DNA of 64,000 nt from Eledone cirrhosa (Eukaryota), in contig OZ024741.1 in NCBI GenBank assembly GCA_964016885.1, forward strand, positions 412,486,001-412,550,000, in the 5' to 3' direction. Shown here one piece after another: positions 12,768-25,376 of the stretch. The notes beneath the pieces are model-generated. The model did no database searches. It saw only the letters and a list, made by a program, of their open reading frames with translations, and was not told the DNA's origin. Numbering within the stretch: position 1 is the first letter of the stretch; the number at the start of each line of letters is the position of its first letter. A program made the translations under genes and the position numbers.

Positions 12768-13006
12768 ATTATTATTATTATTATGGCTGCACATGTGTGA
12801 AGACTACAAATCTGCGTGGGAAAAGGTTCGTAACTTTAAGCTGTTTTAAAGTGTCATTTTTGTATTTTCTTGTCGTTAACGAAACTTAAGGTACACATCT
12901 TGATTTAAAGAGAGGGATACCTCTCAATATTCGGGCTTTAAGCCCGAATATTCAGATTTATTTTTTAAAAACTTCGAAAAAAATCGCTTCTCCACCAAAA
13001 AAAATT

Positions 13007-14983
13007 ATGGAAATTTTCGACCTTGAAACGGTAAACAACGTTCAGGTCAAAAGTTTAAAGGCAGCCACTGTAGATTTCACCACGACTACGACGGCTACAG
13101 TCATGCCTGTCATCCACTCTACTGAATGTGAAGGCAAAACTAAAAAGCTACCATCACAACCTTCTGTGATAGCAGCAGTATCATCTGAAAACGACATCAC
13201 CACCACCGCCACCACCACCACCACAACAACAACAACTCAGAACAATAACGACAATAACACCGACAGCTTCAATGTAAACACGGATGGCGGTGGCAACAGC
13301 ATCAACAAACAAACAACAACAACAACACCAATAACAACACCAACAATAAGAGCATCAGAAGCACCACATTTTCTGCAGCAACAGCAAAAACAAAGCGCTT
13401 ATTGAATATTGATATTGATATTAGCGATAAAGAAGAACATTTGGCACAAGCGTGGAGGCTAATTAAACGGGAGAAGTCCTGGGAAAACCTGACCATCCCG
13501 GACGAGTCAATAGCGGCCATGCAAAGGAGGACGGTGTTATTTAGATGCATTTCGGTGCAGACACGAAAAGTGGAACTTGCCAGCCAAGCAGAGGTCGAGG
13601 CTGCTTTGGAGTACATCGGAAGTAACATAGAGTACAAAGCAAGAGGCAAACAGTTCGGTACCATCTCGGTACTGTTCAAAACCGATGCCCTTGCTATTAA
13701 GCACTCGGTGACCCCCTGCAGAACGGAACGCATTATCATGCATCCGTCCTACATGGGTAAAAGGACAGTAAAGGTACGCATTCCCAGCATCCCGCCAGGA
13801 ATGAACATATGGTGGCTGCTGGGATGCGTAATCGAGGAGGGGACAGACACTACCCTCCTGGATATCAAAAGGACAGAGAGAGAGGACTGGTCAGGAATGG
13901 ATTTGGAGATTCTTCTCCAAATGAAACCGGAGGACATGAACAACATCCCGGATTTTGCCCTCCTGCAGGACGGGACAACAATCCAACTAATCACTGACGG
14001 AAGAAGGCTACGCTGCTTCGTCTGCGGGGAAGCAACGCATCTGCAAGCCTTCTGCCCTCAGCGCAAAAATGCAGGTGGTCACAAACCTCCTTTGTTGCCG
14101 ACGCCAGTGTCAGCACGGAAAGCTGCACCACCACCACCACCACCACCAAAAACAACACCAACAAAAACACGGACACCAACATCAAAAACAGCCGGATCAC
14201 CACCAACACCAAAACCAATCCAAGGGGAAAACGAGGAAAGCTCTCCCACTCCCCCCCCAATTATACACATAGACAAAACAATAAACGCACACACAGACAA
14301 GGAGACACTCACAGCCACAGACCCTTTGTCTTCCAGCATCGAAGATGAAGTAAAACCCAAAAGTGCAAAAAAAAAAGCAGAGAAAACTCACAAAAAAAAA
14401 AGCCCCAACAAAACACAAAAACATACACAACAAAAAATACAGACACCACTAACGCAAACACTTCCCCAATAACATCATCACCAACAGCAACATCGACACC
14501 GCCTCCACAATCCCCGAAACGCAAACAACCTAAACAAACACAAATACAAATAAACACACAAATACCTGAAATTGCAGACACCACACCTACAACAAACACA
14601 GACATACCCGAAACAACACCACCAAAACCATCACCACCACAGTCACCAAAACGAAAACAAATAAAACCACACCAACAAAATGTTAAAAACTTCGTGCTTG
14701 TCAGAAGGGCCAACGATAAACTGATGGCCCTCTTAGCACGAAGCGAGGACATTCAAATAGAGGGGGAGATTTTTGAAATGAGCACATTTTGCGTGCCAGA
14801 AGATTTGCTTCTGGTCCGAATGTCACTCAATTCCTTCAAAGAAATTCGAGAGAGCTTTCCTCAAGACGTGGGAACCCCAAATGTGAAACCCACATCAAGA
14901 CTTTTAAAGGGGTTCTCAAAAGAAATCCCACCAACCATGGGGTCGAACAACCCGACCTTCACAAGATCCCGGGAGGTAAGTAA
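13007..14983 (+). pseudogene. T1 ORF1 (Thr/Pro-rich, CCHC knuckle)
   Basis: Pieces 13007-13405, 13402-14472 (CFVCGEATHLQAFC) and 14694 onward; frameshifts. Confidence 0.8.
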
Positions 14984-15012
14984 ACCTTCCCTCTCTCTCT
15001 TAGCTTACCAAT

Positions 15013-18000
15013 ATGGCCATATTAAGAGTAGGAAGTTTAAATGTTCGCGGCCTGGGGCCACCCTGGAAGCAGGGTCGCCTGCTCAACGACCTCAGGTCGC
15101 TGGAAATGGATGTGATTGCCGTCAGCGAGACCAGAATTTCCGACACGCGCGCACTAGCCCCCATTTTCGATGACTATCAGATCTTCGCATCTGTTAGAAG
15201 ACCGGGAATGGGGGGTGGGGTGGCAGTGCTGTTTAGGAAAGGACTGGATCTCGAGGTAAGGTCGATCTTCCGGGACCCGGATGGTAAGTTGGTGGTCTTG
15301 GATGTGAGCAGTAGCGAAGGTGGTGCCTTTAGACTGCTGGCCGTCTACGCCCCTACAGGGGCCGGACCACCGGACTTCTTTAGGTGCCTGGAGACCTTTC
15401 TGGGTACGTCTCGCCCTTTACTGTTAGCGGGAGACTGGAATGGCATCTTAGACGCACGCTGGGATTGTGTGGGAGTAGCAGATAGGAGCGGGGGGGGGGG
15501 GTGCAAAAGCCTCAAGCACCTACTCAGCCAGTTCCAACTGTCTGACAGGTATCGACTAGATTTCCCCAATGTGCCAATGTGGACATGGACCAACCGAATG
15601 GGGTCATCTAGATCGTATATAGACAGGATCTTCATCAGGAAAATAGATAGAAATAGTGTGGGCTGCCCACATTTTAAAATGGTCGTCTATTCAGATCACA
15701 AATTTGAGATATGTACGGTCGGCCTAGATAAAACGCGTAGGTTAGGACCGGGTTACTGGAAGCTGAACATGTCATTTCCGGCACGTAAGGCTTACAGGGA
15801 CCGAGTCAACAATTTAATTAAGCAAAAGTTGACAGGGGTGATCATCAACAACAGATGGTGGTGGTGGTGGTGGGGGGTATTATCAAAAGAGAGATGAGAG
15901 TAACTTCAATAGAGTTCAGCAAAGAACTAGCGTTAGAGAAAAATAGAAAGGAGGGGGGAGTTGGTAGATAAGTTAGACGAGGCTATTTGTAGTGGCATTG
16001 CAACTGACGTGCTAGCGGCGAGAATGGCATTAGACCATTTCTTCAATGCGAAACACGAAGGTTGCATTGTCAGAGCTAAGGCGCGTGCGCTGAGAAACGA
16101 GGGAACCAAAGCTGTTCGATGGGCCCGCGTGGCGGAGGCGCAACGTGGTAATAAAACCACAATTCGGTCTTTGGCGGACCGAGACGGACACGAGATAAGC
16201 GATTCCAAGCGGATATGTGAGGCCTTTCGCCAGCACTTTGCTCAGTTGTTCGGGGGAGAGTGGCGAGTCAGAGAGAGTAGCGGATTTCAGTCCCTATCTT
16301 GACGACTTTCCGCACATCTCGACGGTCGACGCTGAGCGCTGCGAAAGGCCGATTACTTTAGCCGAAATTCAGGACGCCCTTGTCGGCTGCATAAGGCGCA
16401 AGTCACCCGGTTTGGATGGCCTGCCCTACGAGCTTTACGCAAATATGCCAGACTTGTTCTCCGAACTCCTCGAAGCACTTTACTGCAACTGGCAGCAGAA
16501 TGGGAGTATTCCCAGTTCTGTGAGCAGGGGAGTGGTGACGCTGATAAGGAAAGACGAGAACAAGAGGGATACATTAGACAACTTCAGGCCCATAACTCTG
16601 CTCAACACAGAGTTTAAGATTTTGGCCAAGGTGTTAGCAAAGAGATTGGCGCTTGTCGTCGAGGATTTGGTTGGGGAGGCGCAAACTTGCGCAATCCCAG
16701 CCAGGTCCATACACGACAATCTCCACCTCATGCGATATATCATAGAGAGGGTCGGGTGTAAACCTGGCTTCGGTGGGGCACTGATCAATTTAGATCAATC
16801 GAAAGCATTCGATAGGGTCGACCATCGGTATCTGGAGTTTGTCCTCAAAGCAGCTGGCTTCGGCCCTGTCTTCAGAAGCTGGATCACTGCAATGCACAGC
16901 GGCACACGCTCGGTGGTCAAGGTTAATGGTCACCTCTCGGAACCATTTCGGCTCTCCCGATCGGTCCGTCAAGGGTGCCCTCTCTCTTCCCTTTTGTACG
17001 TATTGACTCTCGAGCCTTTACTGCGGAAGCTGGAGCTGTTGCAGGGCATCCCGCTCGAACCGGGACGTGGAAAGCCGGTATCGGCTTATGCGGACGACAT
17101 CACCGTGATGGTGTCGAACACCTCAGAAATCGAGGTCGTCGGCACCTTATTGAAGGAATATGAAAGGTTGACAGGAGCCAAACTTAACCCGGAAAAGTCG
17201 GTGGGCTTGCAGCTCGGAACCTGGAGAGGTAAGCCCATGCCGTCCAACAGCGTCGTAGGGCGCTGGACGGACGGACCGGTAAAGTTGCTCGGTGTCTGGT
17301 TCGGACCAGACCTCCAGGTGGAAAATAATTGGGACGAGGTAACGAGCAGAGTAGCCAGTCTCACCCAAAAATGGGCTGGGAGGAAGCTATCACTGAAATG
17401 TCGCGCGGAGGTGGCGAATGCGTACATCGCGTCCGTCATCTACTACCGCCTGACCGTCGTGCTTTGCCCCCGTCCGCGCCTGGTCAAGTTGGAACGGCTC
17501 CTCTTCAAATTCTTGTGGAGAGGACAAGTTCTGTTGGTGAGGCGGTCCATCTGCTGCCAGCACCCTCTACGCGGAGGGCTGGGCATGCCGTGGATAATGA
17601 TACGCAGACATGCGTTGAGGCTGCGACATCTCCAGATATTCCGCTTCAACGGTGAACAGGTGTGGTCGCCGTTTAACAGATGGGCCTTTCCGCAGCTTAT
17701 TTCTTTGACTGAGCTGCAGTCCTGGATCAAGAAGAGACCGAGACTGGGTGACTGGCACCTGGAATGTTGCCAGGCACTCACTGCCCTCTACCAAGCGGGC
17801 AATGCGATCAGTGGAACTTCCACTCTCGAGTTCTATAGAGGATTAGTGGTGGGCAAGTGCGACGACGCACTCGAGAGGCTCTGGGAGTCAACGAAGTCGA
17901 ACTAACCAGTCTGTACCGGAGGATTTCGAGCCGGGGATGATGGATAATTTCCCAAAATCCCTCGCTTGGCAGTGCTACCGGGGGCCACTACCGGTTCGAG

Positions 18001-18454
18001 ATAAACTCTACAGGCACGGAAGTGCTGTCAGACGGACCTGCCCGAGATGCGCGCAGAGCGACGAAATCGTTCTGCACGCACTCGTCCAGTGTCCGTGCAT
18101 TACTGACTTGTGGAGTTATGTTGAACAGCTGTTGTCGCGTGTAGAACAGATCCGGCTATCGGCCGAGTCCAAGTGAAGATCGACCCGCCGCCTTCTTTTG
18201 GCCAGGAAGGGCAGGCAATTTTCCTCTGTCTGGTGGCAGTAGCGAAAGAGGTTGTATGGTGGACGAGGTTGAAAGGACTGAAGACAGACACTTTTCTCTT
18301 CGGCCAATCCCTCATCAACTTCTTCAAGTTTCACTTGGAAAGGAAGGTGAGGGTGGAGAGAGAAGTGCTGCCCCCCAGTACATTTGCTGAAAGGTGGATG
18401 AATGTGGCGAGAATGGCCCGTGTGAGTGAGCCTACTCTGGTCATGCGGCTGTAG
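15013..18454 (+). pseudogene. T1 ORF2 (APE endonuclease, RT, C-terminal zinc finger)
   Basis: SLNVRGL, SET, GDWN, SYIDRI, SDH; RT FRPITLLN, KAFDRVDH, QGCPLS, AYADD; CPRC..H..C; split over 5 ORFs. Confidence 0.92.
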
Positions 18455-18737
18455 GTAGGTAAATTTGAAGAGGAGAGGGTTGCCCTTCCAGGGTTCTCTC
18501 GAAACGTCGGGTCGTTCAGGACTGGTGGGGTATCTGAGCGAACCCTAGGTGGTCATCCCCCCTATTGTGGAATGTTTTCTTGTTGTAATTTTCTTATTAC
18601 TTTATTGTTACTTTGTTTATTCATATTGTTTACTCGATTTTTCTGTAAAACCCCACTGTCACAGTCTTTTTATTGTCCCCTATATGTCGGCCCTTGTGAC
18701 CAATAAATGAAATCATTATTATTATTATTATTGTTGT

Positions 18738-19817
18738 TATTCCTTGAATCTCAGTCATTGATGTTGGTTAACTGGAAAGTCCGTTGGAATGAATATCAAG
18801 CCACTACCTGCAGCCTCAGATATTCAGGACGTATCGGAGGGTTCTTGCTGTTCCAAGCAAGCATGCCTTTTGAAGCGTTCCAAAAAGCGTGACGGGGCCG
18901 ATTTTCTTTAACCATCCCTGGAAACTTTTGGAGATAGTCCCCAGTGCGCCTATGACAATCGGGATAACTTTGACTTCATGGCAGTTCCAAATCATTTTCA
19001 CCTCCCACTTTAGGTCCTGGTATCGGTTAATTTTCTCCCTCTCCTTCTCTTGCACTCTCGTGTCGAAAGGGCAGGCCACATCCACAATCAGACACGATCT
19101 TTTTTCTTTGTCCACAACCACCAGGTCAGGTCTATTGTGTTCCAGTTTTTTGTCCGTCTGTATCCTAAAAACCCACAGCACCTTCACCTGATTGTTCTCC
19201 ATCACCGCCTCTGGCCTATGCTCATACCATTTCTCAGAGTGTGGTAAATTGTTTACTTTGCACAGGTGCCAGTGGATCACCCTGCCCATCACATCGTGTC
19301 TCCAGCCCTTATAGTGGGTCTGGGCTAGGTGTTTACACTCGGACACAATGTGAGCCACAGTCTCCTCTCTCTCTCCACAGATCCTGCACAGTGGGCTAGC
19401 CTCCTCCTTGTAAATATGGTGCTTCAACCACTTCGTTTTGAGGGCCTGCTCCTGCGCAACCATTAGCATTCCTTCTGTAGCCTTTTTGAGGTCTCCTCTT
19501 CTCAACCAGTTCCATGTCTGTGGATCTCTAAATTCAGTTTTCTCAAAGAAGGTACTATGAAGGGATTTTCCCTTAAGGCTGCTCTTCCTCCTTGATGTTA
19601 TTTCCTCCTTGGACATCCCCTGGCCTACTGTCCCCTCCTTCAGTACAGTTCTGAGCATTGGCTCCTTACTATAGGTCACGTATTTGTATAGGTTGTTTTT
19701 CTCCATCTGAACACAGTCCTCTATGCTGATAAGACCTCGTCCACCCTCAGATCTCCTTAGGTAGAGTCTATCGACATCACTCCTCTTGTGGAACATGTTG
19801 TAGATAGTCAATAGCTT
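18738..19817 (-). mobile_element. Family A copy A3, 5'-truncated
   Basis: ORF 19811-18816 with knuckle and RLE; tail-to-tail with T1; (TTA)n at 19817-19881. Confidence 0.9.
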
Positions 19818-19842
19818 TATTATTATTATTATTATTATTATA

Positions 19843-19880
<38 letters not shown>

Positions 19881-19881
<1 letters not shown>

Positions 19882-22800
19882 GGCGACCTACGTAGTAAAT
19901 CGTATCATCGTGAGCTCCGCAAAGGTTTGTTATTTTCAGTTGTTTAAAATTTCCATTCATGGATAATTTTTATTGGTAACTGTATATAAGTGCACATACA
20001 TTGTTATCTGAAAAGGACACCCAAAAAGATTGGGGCCTTGAGCCCAAAATTTAAACTTTTTATAATTATCAAAAAAAAAAACAAAAAAAATTTCTTTAAA
20101 AAATCATGGCCGACTCAGTAGCTGAGAGCCTTCCTCACAAACTAACACCTCACACCGACACCACCATTGTAAATATTACTACGTTTGCCAACACTAAAAA
20201 TATAAGCAGTAGAAATATTTTAAATTTGTCTCAGGCAGACATTCATTTCTCGCCATTACCAATGACTGCAGGTGTTAAAGCCGCCACCACCACTACCACC
20301 ACAGCGACAACAGAAACAAAAGAAAAAGATAAATTAACTCGTGATATCGAAATGAATTCAACCAAAATGAACCCTTCCACACCGAACACCATTGACGCCA
20401 CCACCACCACAACTGAAACTAAAATTAATAATAACAAAAATAACGATAACAACAACAGCAACAATGACATTAAGAAAACCACCCTGAGTTTTGCCTGAGT
20501 AGCAAAATAGTGCGAAGCATTTCAGGTAACTCAGGAGGAATTAGAAGAAGCCAAAAAAATGGTAAAGAAAGATGGGTACAGAGTCAGCTCCCCCCATCCC
20601 TCCCCCCTAATAAAATGGAGCAAGATAATCGAAATAGCGAAAGAAAAGCAGGAGAACTGGTCCGGATCTGGGATGGAGCTCCCGATCCAAGCGGACCAAA
20701 AAAGCATTGAGGAGACCCAGAGGTAATAGACCTCACTGACGGCAGCCACCTCACCTTAATTGTCGAGGGAAGAAGGCCTAGGTGTGTCGTTTGTGGTGAA
20801 GGAACCCACCTAAGGGCTTTCTGGCCTCAGGCTAAAAGGTTGAGGCCACCTCTCCTACCCACCCAGTGACTCAACCATCAACACCACCAGCAGCAGAGAT
20901 GGCAGCAACAGCTGTAGCAGCAACAGTAGCAAAACCAACACCAGCACCACCCAACGCGCCAGAACTAGCACCAGCGCCTACACCATTCACCACGTCACAA
21001 CCAAAACTAACGTCTGTGGAGTATTTTCCACTCCCCGGCCTATCACAACTGGAGACAGATTGTGACGAGGAGGAGTGGGAAACGGTATCAGGAAAAAAGA
21101 AAAAAAGAAACCAAAACAGAAAAAATTCTCTTCCTTCCCCCTCCAAAAAAAATACAGAGGAAACAAATAAACTATCAAACAAAAACGTTAGGACAGATAT
21201 GCCACCATCCACACCACCATCACCCCAAACACCAATACCATCACCATCATTAACCCCAACACCACCATCACCTACACCACAAAAGTCACCAAAAAGCGAA
21301 ACAGAAACAAACCCACAACAAACGCAAACAAAACAAAACAACCAAAACGATACACACTACACAGCATTAAATTTGAACAACAACCAATTATTACACTACA
21401 TCCAACACAACACCAGGATCACAGAAAAAGACTACACAACAACCCAAAAGTTCACATCACCTCCACACATACAAATCACTCGCATCACACAGAAAACGTA
21501 CATGACACTAAAACAAAAATTCCCCAAAGACATCGGAGACTTCCGACAAGCACTCTCCAGGAGGATTTATAAGAACATCCTTCCTGAGGAGGCCACAAGC
21601 AGTGAAAAGGATGGAGAAACCGTCCTTCCTCTACGAGAAGTAAGGTAAGTGGTCTTTCCCATCTTTTCCACTCCATTTCAACATGACCTCACTCAGAATA
21701 GGCAGCATAAATGCGCGTGGCTTGGGGTCGTCATGGAAGCAGAGCCACCTGCTCAACGACCTCAGGTCACGAAACATAGATGTAGTGGCCATCAGCGAGA
21801 CCAGATTCTCCGAAGCACGGGCCTTCGCACCGATCTTCGGCGGCTACGATGTGTACGCATCGCCCAGCCGTCCGGGATCGGGGGGAGGAGTTGCTGTGCT
21901 TTTTCGGAGAGGTTTGGATCTCGCCATACGGGCCATCTTCCTGGACCCAGAAGGTAAGTTGGTGGTGCTGGACGTGACCAGCGGAGACGGGAAAGCTTTC
22001 AGGCTAGTGGCCGTCTATCCCCCGACAGGAGCAGGGCGGCCTGATTTCTTCCGGCGTCTGGAGACCTTTCTTGGAACGTCCCGCTCTTTAGTGTTAGTGG
22101 GCGACTGGAACGGGATCTTAGATGCACGCTGGGGCTGTGTGGGATTAGCGGATAAGGGAGGAGGGTGCAAGAGTCTCACCAACCTGCTCAGGCGTTTTGA
22201 ACTGTCTGACAGGTACCGATTGGATTTCTCGAATGTGCCAATGTGAACTTGGACAAATCGCATAGGGTCATCCAGATCATATCTAGATAGAGTATTTTGT
22301 AGGGAAATAGATAGGTCTAGCATAGGCTGTCCACAATTCAAGATAGTCAGCTACACGGACCACAAATTCGTGATCTGTGTGCTTGGCTTAGATAGGCTTC
22401 ATAGACGAGGACCCGGCTACTGGAAGCTAAACGCGTCCTTACCAGCGCGCAAGGCCTACAGAGACCGGATTAGCGAACTAGTTAAGCGGGCGTTGACGGG
22501 GGCCATCGTCAACAACAAGTGGTGGTTTGCTCTGAAAAGAGCAATTAAAATAGAATCCATTAGGTTTAGTAAGGCTTTAGCAATAGAGAAAAATAGAGCA
22601 GAGGGAGAATTAGTTAGAAAATTAGACGAGGCGCTTAGCAAAGGCATCGCGACCGACGTACTTGCGGCGAAATTGGCCCTTGGCCAATTCTTCAATGCAA
22701 AGCACGAAGGCTGCGTTGTCAGAGCTAGAGTGCGTGCTCTCAGACACGAGGGGACGAAAGCCGTTCAATGGGCCCGAGTGGCGGAGGCGCGTCGTGGCAA

Positions 22801-25352
22801 CAAAGCCACAATCCGGTCTTTGGTGGACCACGACGGGCGCATGCTACTCGATCCCGGGCAAATGTGTGAAGCTTTTCAGCGACACTTCGCACAGCTGTTC
22901 GGGGGAAGCGGTGGGCCGGGTCGAGGGATGGACTTTAGTGTATACCTCGACGGACTCCCGCAGCTCTCGGCCACTGAGACGGAGTGTTGCGAAAAGCACA
23001 TAACAGCCGCTGAAGTACGGGAGGCAATGACTGGCTGCACAAGGGGTAAATCGCCTGGTTTGGATGGTCTGCCCTATGAACTTTACGTATAGATGCCAGA
23101 CTTGTTCGGAGGCCTTTTGGCGGACGTCTACTGCAACTGGCAACAGAACGGGAGAATTCCCAGCTCTGTGAGCCGAGGAGCGGTGGCACTGCTGAGAAAG
23201 GATCCGAACAAGGGGGATAACATAGATAATTTCAGGCCCATAACTCTGCTAAACACAGAGTTCAAGATTTTGGCCAAGGTGCTAGCAAAGAGGTTGGCGC
23301 TTGTCGTTGGTGGTCTGGTGTGAGAGGCGCAGACATGCGCCATTCCCGACAGATCCATCCACGACAACCTCCACCTCATGCGATACATCGTAGAGAGGGT
23401 AGCTAGGGAACCTGGCACGGGTGGGTCCTTGATCAATTTAGATCAGTCGAAAGCTTTCGATAGGGTCGACCATCGTTACCTAGCGGCAGTCCTGAGGGCG
23501 GCTGGCTTTGGGTCCGTCTTCAAAGGCTGGATCGCTGCCATGCACAGCGACATCTGCTCTGTGGTGAGAGTGAACGGTCACCTTTCGGAACCGTTCAACA
23601 TGATGCGCTCGGTCCGCCAAGGATGTCCCCTTTCGTTCCTCTTGTAAGTATTGACTCTCGAGCCATTACTGCACAAACTGGAGACGTTGAGGGGCGTCCC
23701 GCGCGTACTAGGATGCGGAAGATCCGTGTCAGCATATGCGGACGATGTCACCGTAGTGGTGTCGAACACCAAACACATCGAGGCGATCGGCACTACACTA
23801 AGAGAATACGAAGCGGTGACAGGAGCAATGATCAACCAGGAAAAGTCAGTGGGCCTGCAGCTCGGCACCTGGAGAAGCAGGTCCATGCCGTCCAACAGCG
23901 TCGTCGGACGCTGGACGGGCGGACCGGTTAAATTGCTAGGGGTCTGGTTCGGTCCGGACCTCCAGACGGACAAAAACTGGGACGAGGTGACGAGCAGGGT
24001 GGCTTCTCTCACCCAGAAATGGGCGGAGAGGAAGCTATCCCTGAAAGGTCGAACGGAGGTGGCTAACGCGTACATCGCGTCTGTCATCTGCTACCGCCTG
24101 ACCGTCATACCTTGTCCTAAGCCCCGCCTGACTGCGCTGGAGCGTTTGCTCTTTCGCTTTTTGTGGAAGGGATGCGCTCCGATGGTCAGGCGGTCCATCT
24201 GCTGTCAACACCCGCTACGTGGAGGGCTGGGAATGCCATGGCTAATGATGCGCAGATACGCGCTCAGGCTACGACATCTCCACCTCTTCCTCAACGGTGA
24301 TCAGGTGTGGTCGCCGTTTGCTAGACGCGTATTTCCCCAGCTCGTTTCCTTGACGGAGCTGCAGTCCTGGGTCAAGCGAAGACCGAGAGGGAGCGCCTGG
24401 AGACTGGAATGTCTTCAGGCGCTCACAGCCCTCGACCAATCGGGCAATGTGATCGGTGGAAACTCCACCTCGGCGTTCTATAGAGGATTAGTGGAGGGGA
24501 AGAGCGAGGACGTACTTGGGGAAACTCTAGGCGTCGACAAAAATCAACTAGCCAATCTCTTCGGAAGAACTTTCGGACCGGGACCTATGGACAACCTCCA
24601 GAAATCTCTGGCCTGGCAGTGCTTCCGAGGAGCCTTGCCAGTTCGGGATAAACTCTACAGGCATGGAGGTGCCGTCAGCCGGGCATGTCCGAGATGCGCG
24701 CAGGGCGACGAAACCGTCCTGCACGCACTCGTCCAGTGTCCGAAAATTGCTGACTTGTGGGTTTATGTCGAACACCTGCTGTCGCGTGTAGGACGGATCC
24801 GGCTATCATCTGAGTCCATCGTAAGGATTGCCCCGCCCTCTTCCTTTAGCTGGGAAGGGCAGGCAGTTTTTATCTGTCTGGTGGCCATGGCGAAAGAGAT
24901 ACTATGGTGGATACGTTTGAAATGGCTGAAGACGAGCACTTACCTCTTCGGTGATGCCCTGATTGACATTTTCAAATTTCATTTGAAAAGGAAAATCAGA
25001 GTAGAGAGGCAAGTGCTCTCTTCCCAGCATTTTGTTGAAAGATGGGTGAGAGAAGCAAGAATGGCCCGAGTGAATGGGCCTACTCTGAGTACGTATCTGT
25101 AAATTAAAGGTGGAAAACTGGGAGAGGGCACTTGCCTTGGCCGTCAGGGTCACTGTGGCCTTTTACTCGGCTTTCTCCAGAAATGTCCCTCCGAAGTTTC
25201 CCCCCTATTGGGGAATTTTTCATTGTAATTTTTTGTTACATCCTCTGTTTTTGTTTTTTACACGCAGAAATGCCCATTTGTACCGTCCTGTATTGTCCTG
25301 CACTGTCCTTAATGTCTACATTATGTAAGCCCTTGTGGTTAATAAAGAAATC
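19881..25352 (+). mobile_element. L1/Tx1-type retrotransposon T2, near full length, with nonsense mutations
   Basis: ORF1 20106-21648 (degenerate knuckle, apparent internal deletion); ORF2 21683-25102 APE+RT with in-frame stops; TTA tracts at both ends. Confidence 0.92.
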
Positions 25353-25376
25353 ATTATTATTATTATTATTATTATT

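Larger units (their letters stand above)
12784..18714 (+). mobile_element. L1/Tx1-type non-LTR retrotransposon T1, full length, frameshifted
   Basis: 5'UTR, ORF1 with zinc knuckle, ORF2 APE+RT, 3'UTR with AATAAA; TTA tracts at both ends. Confidence 0.92.
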
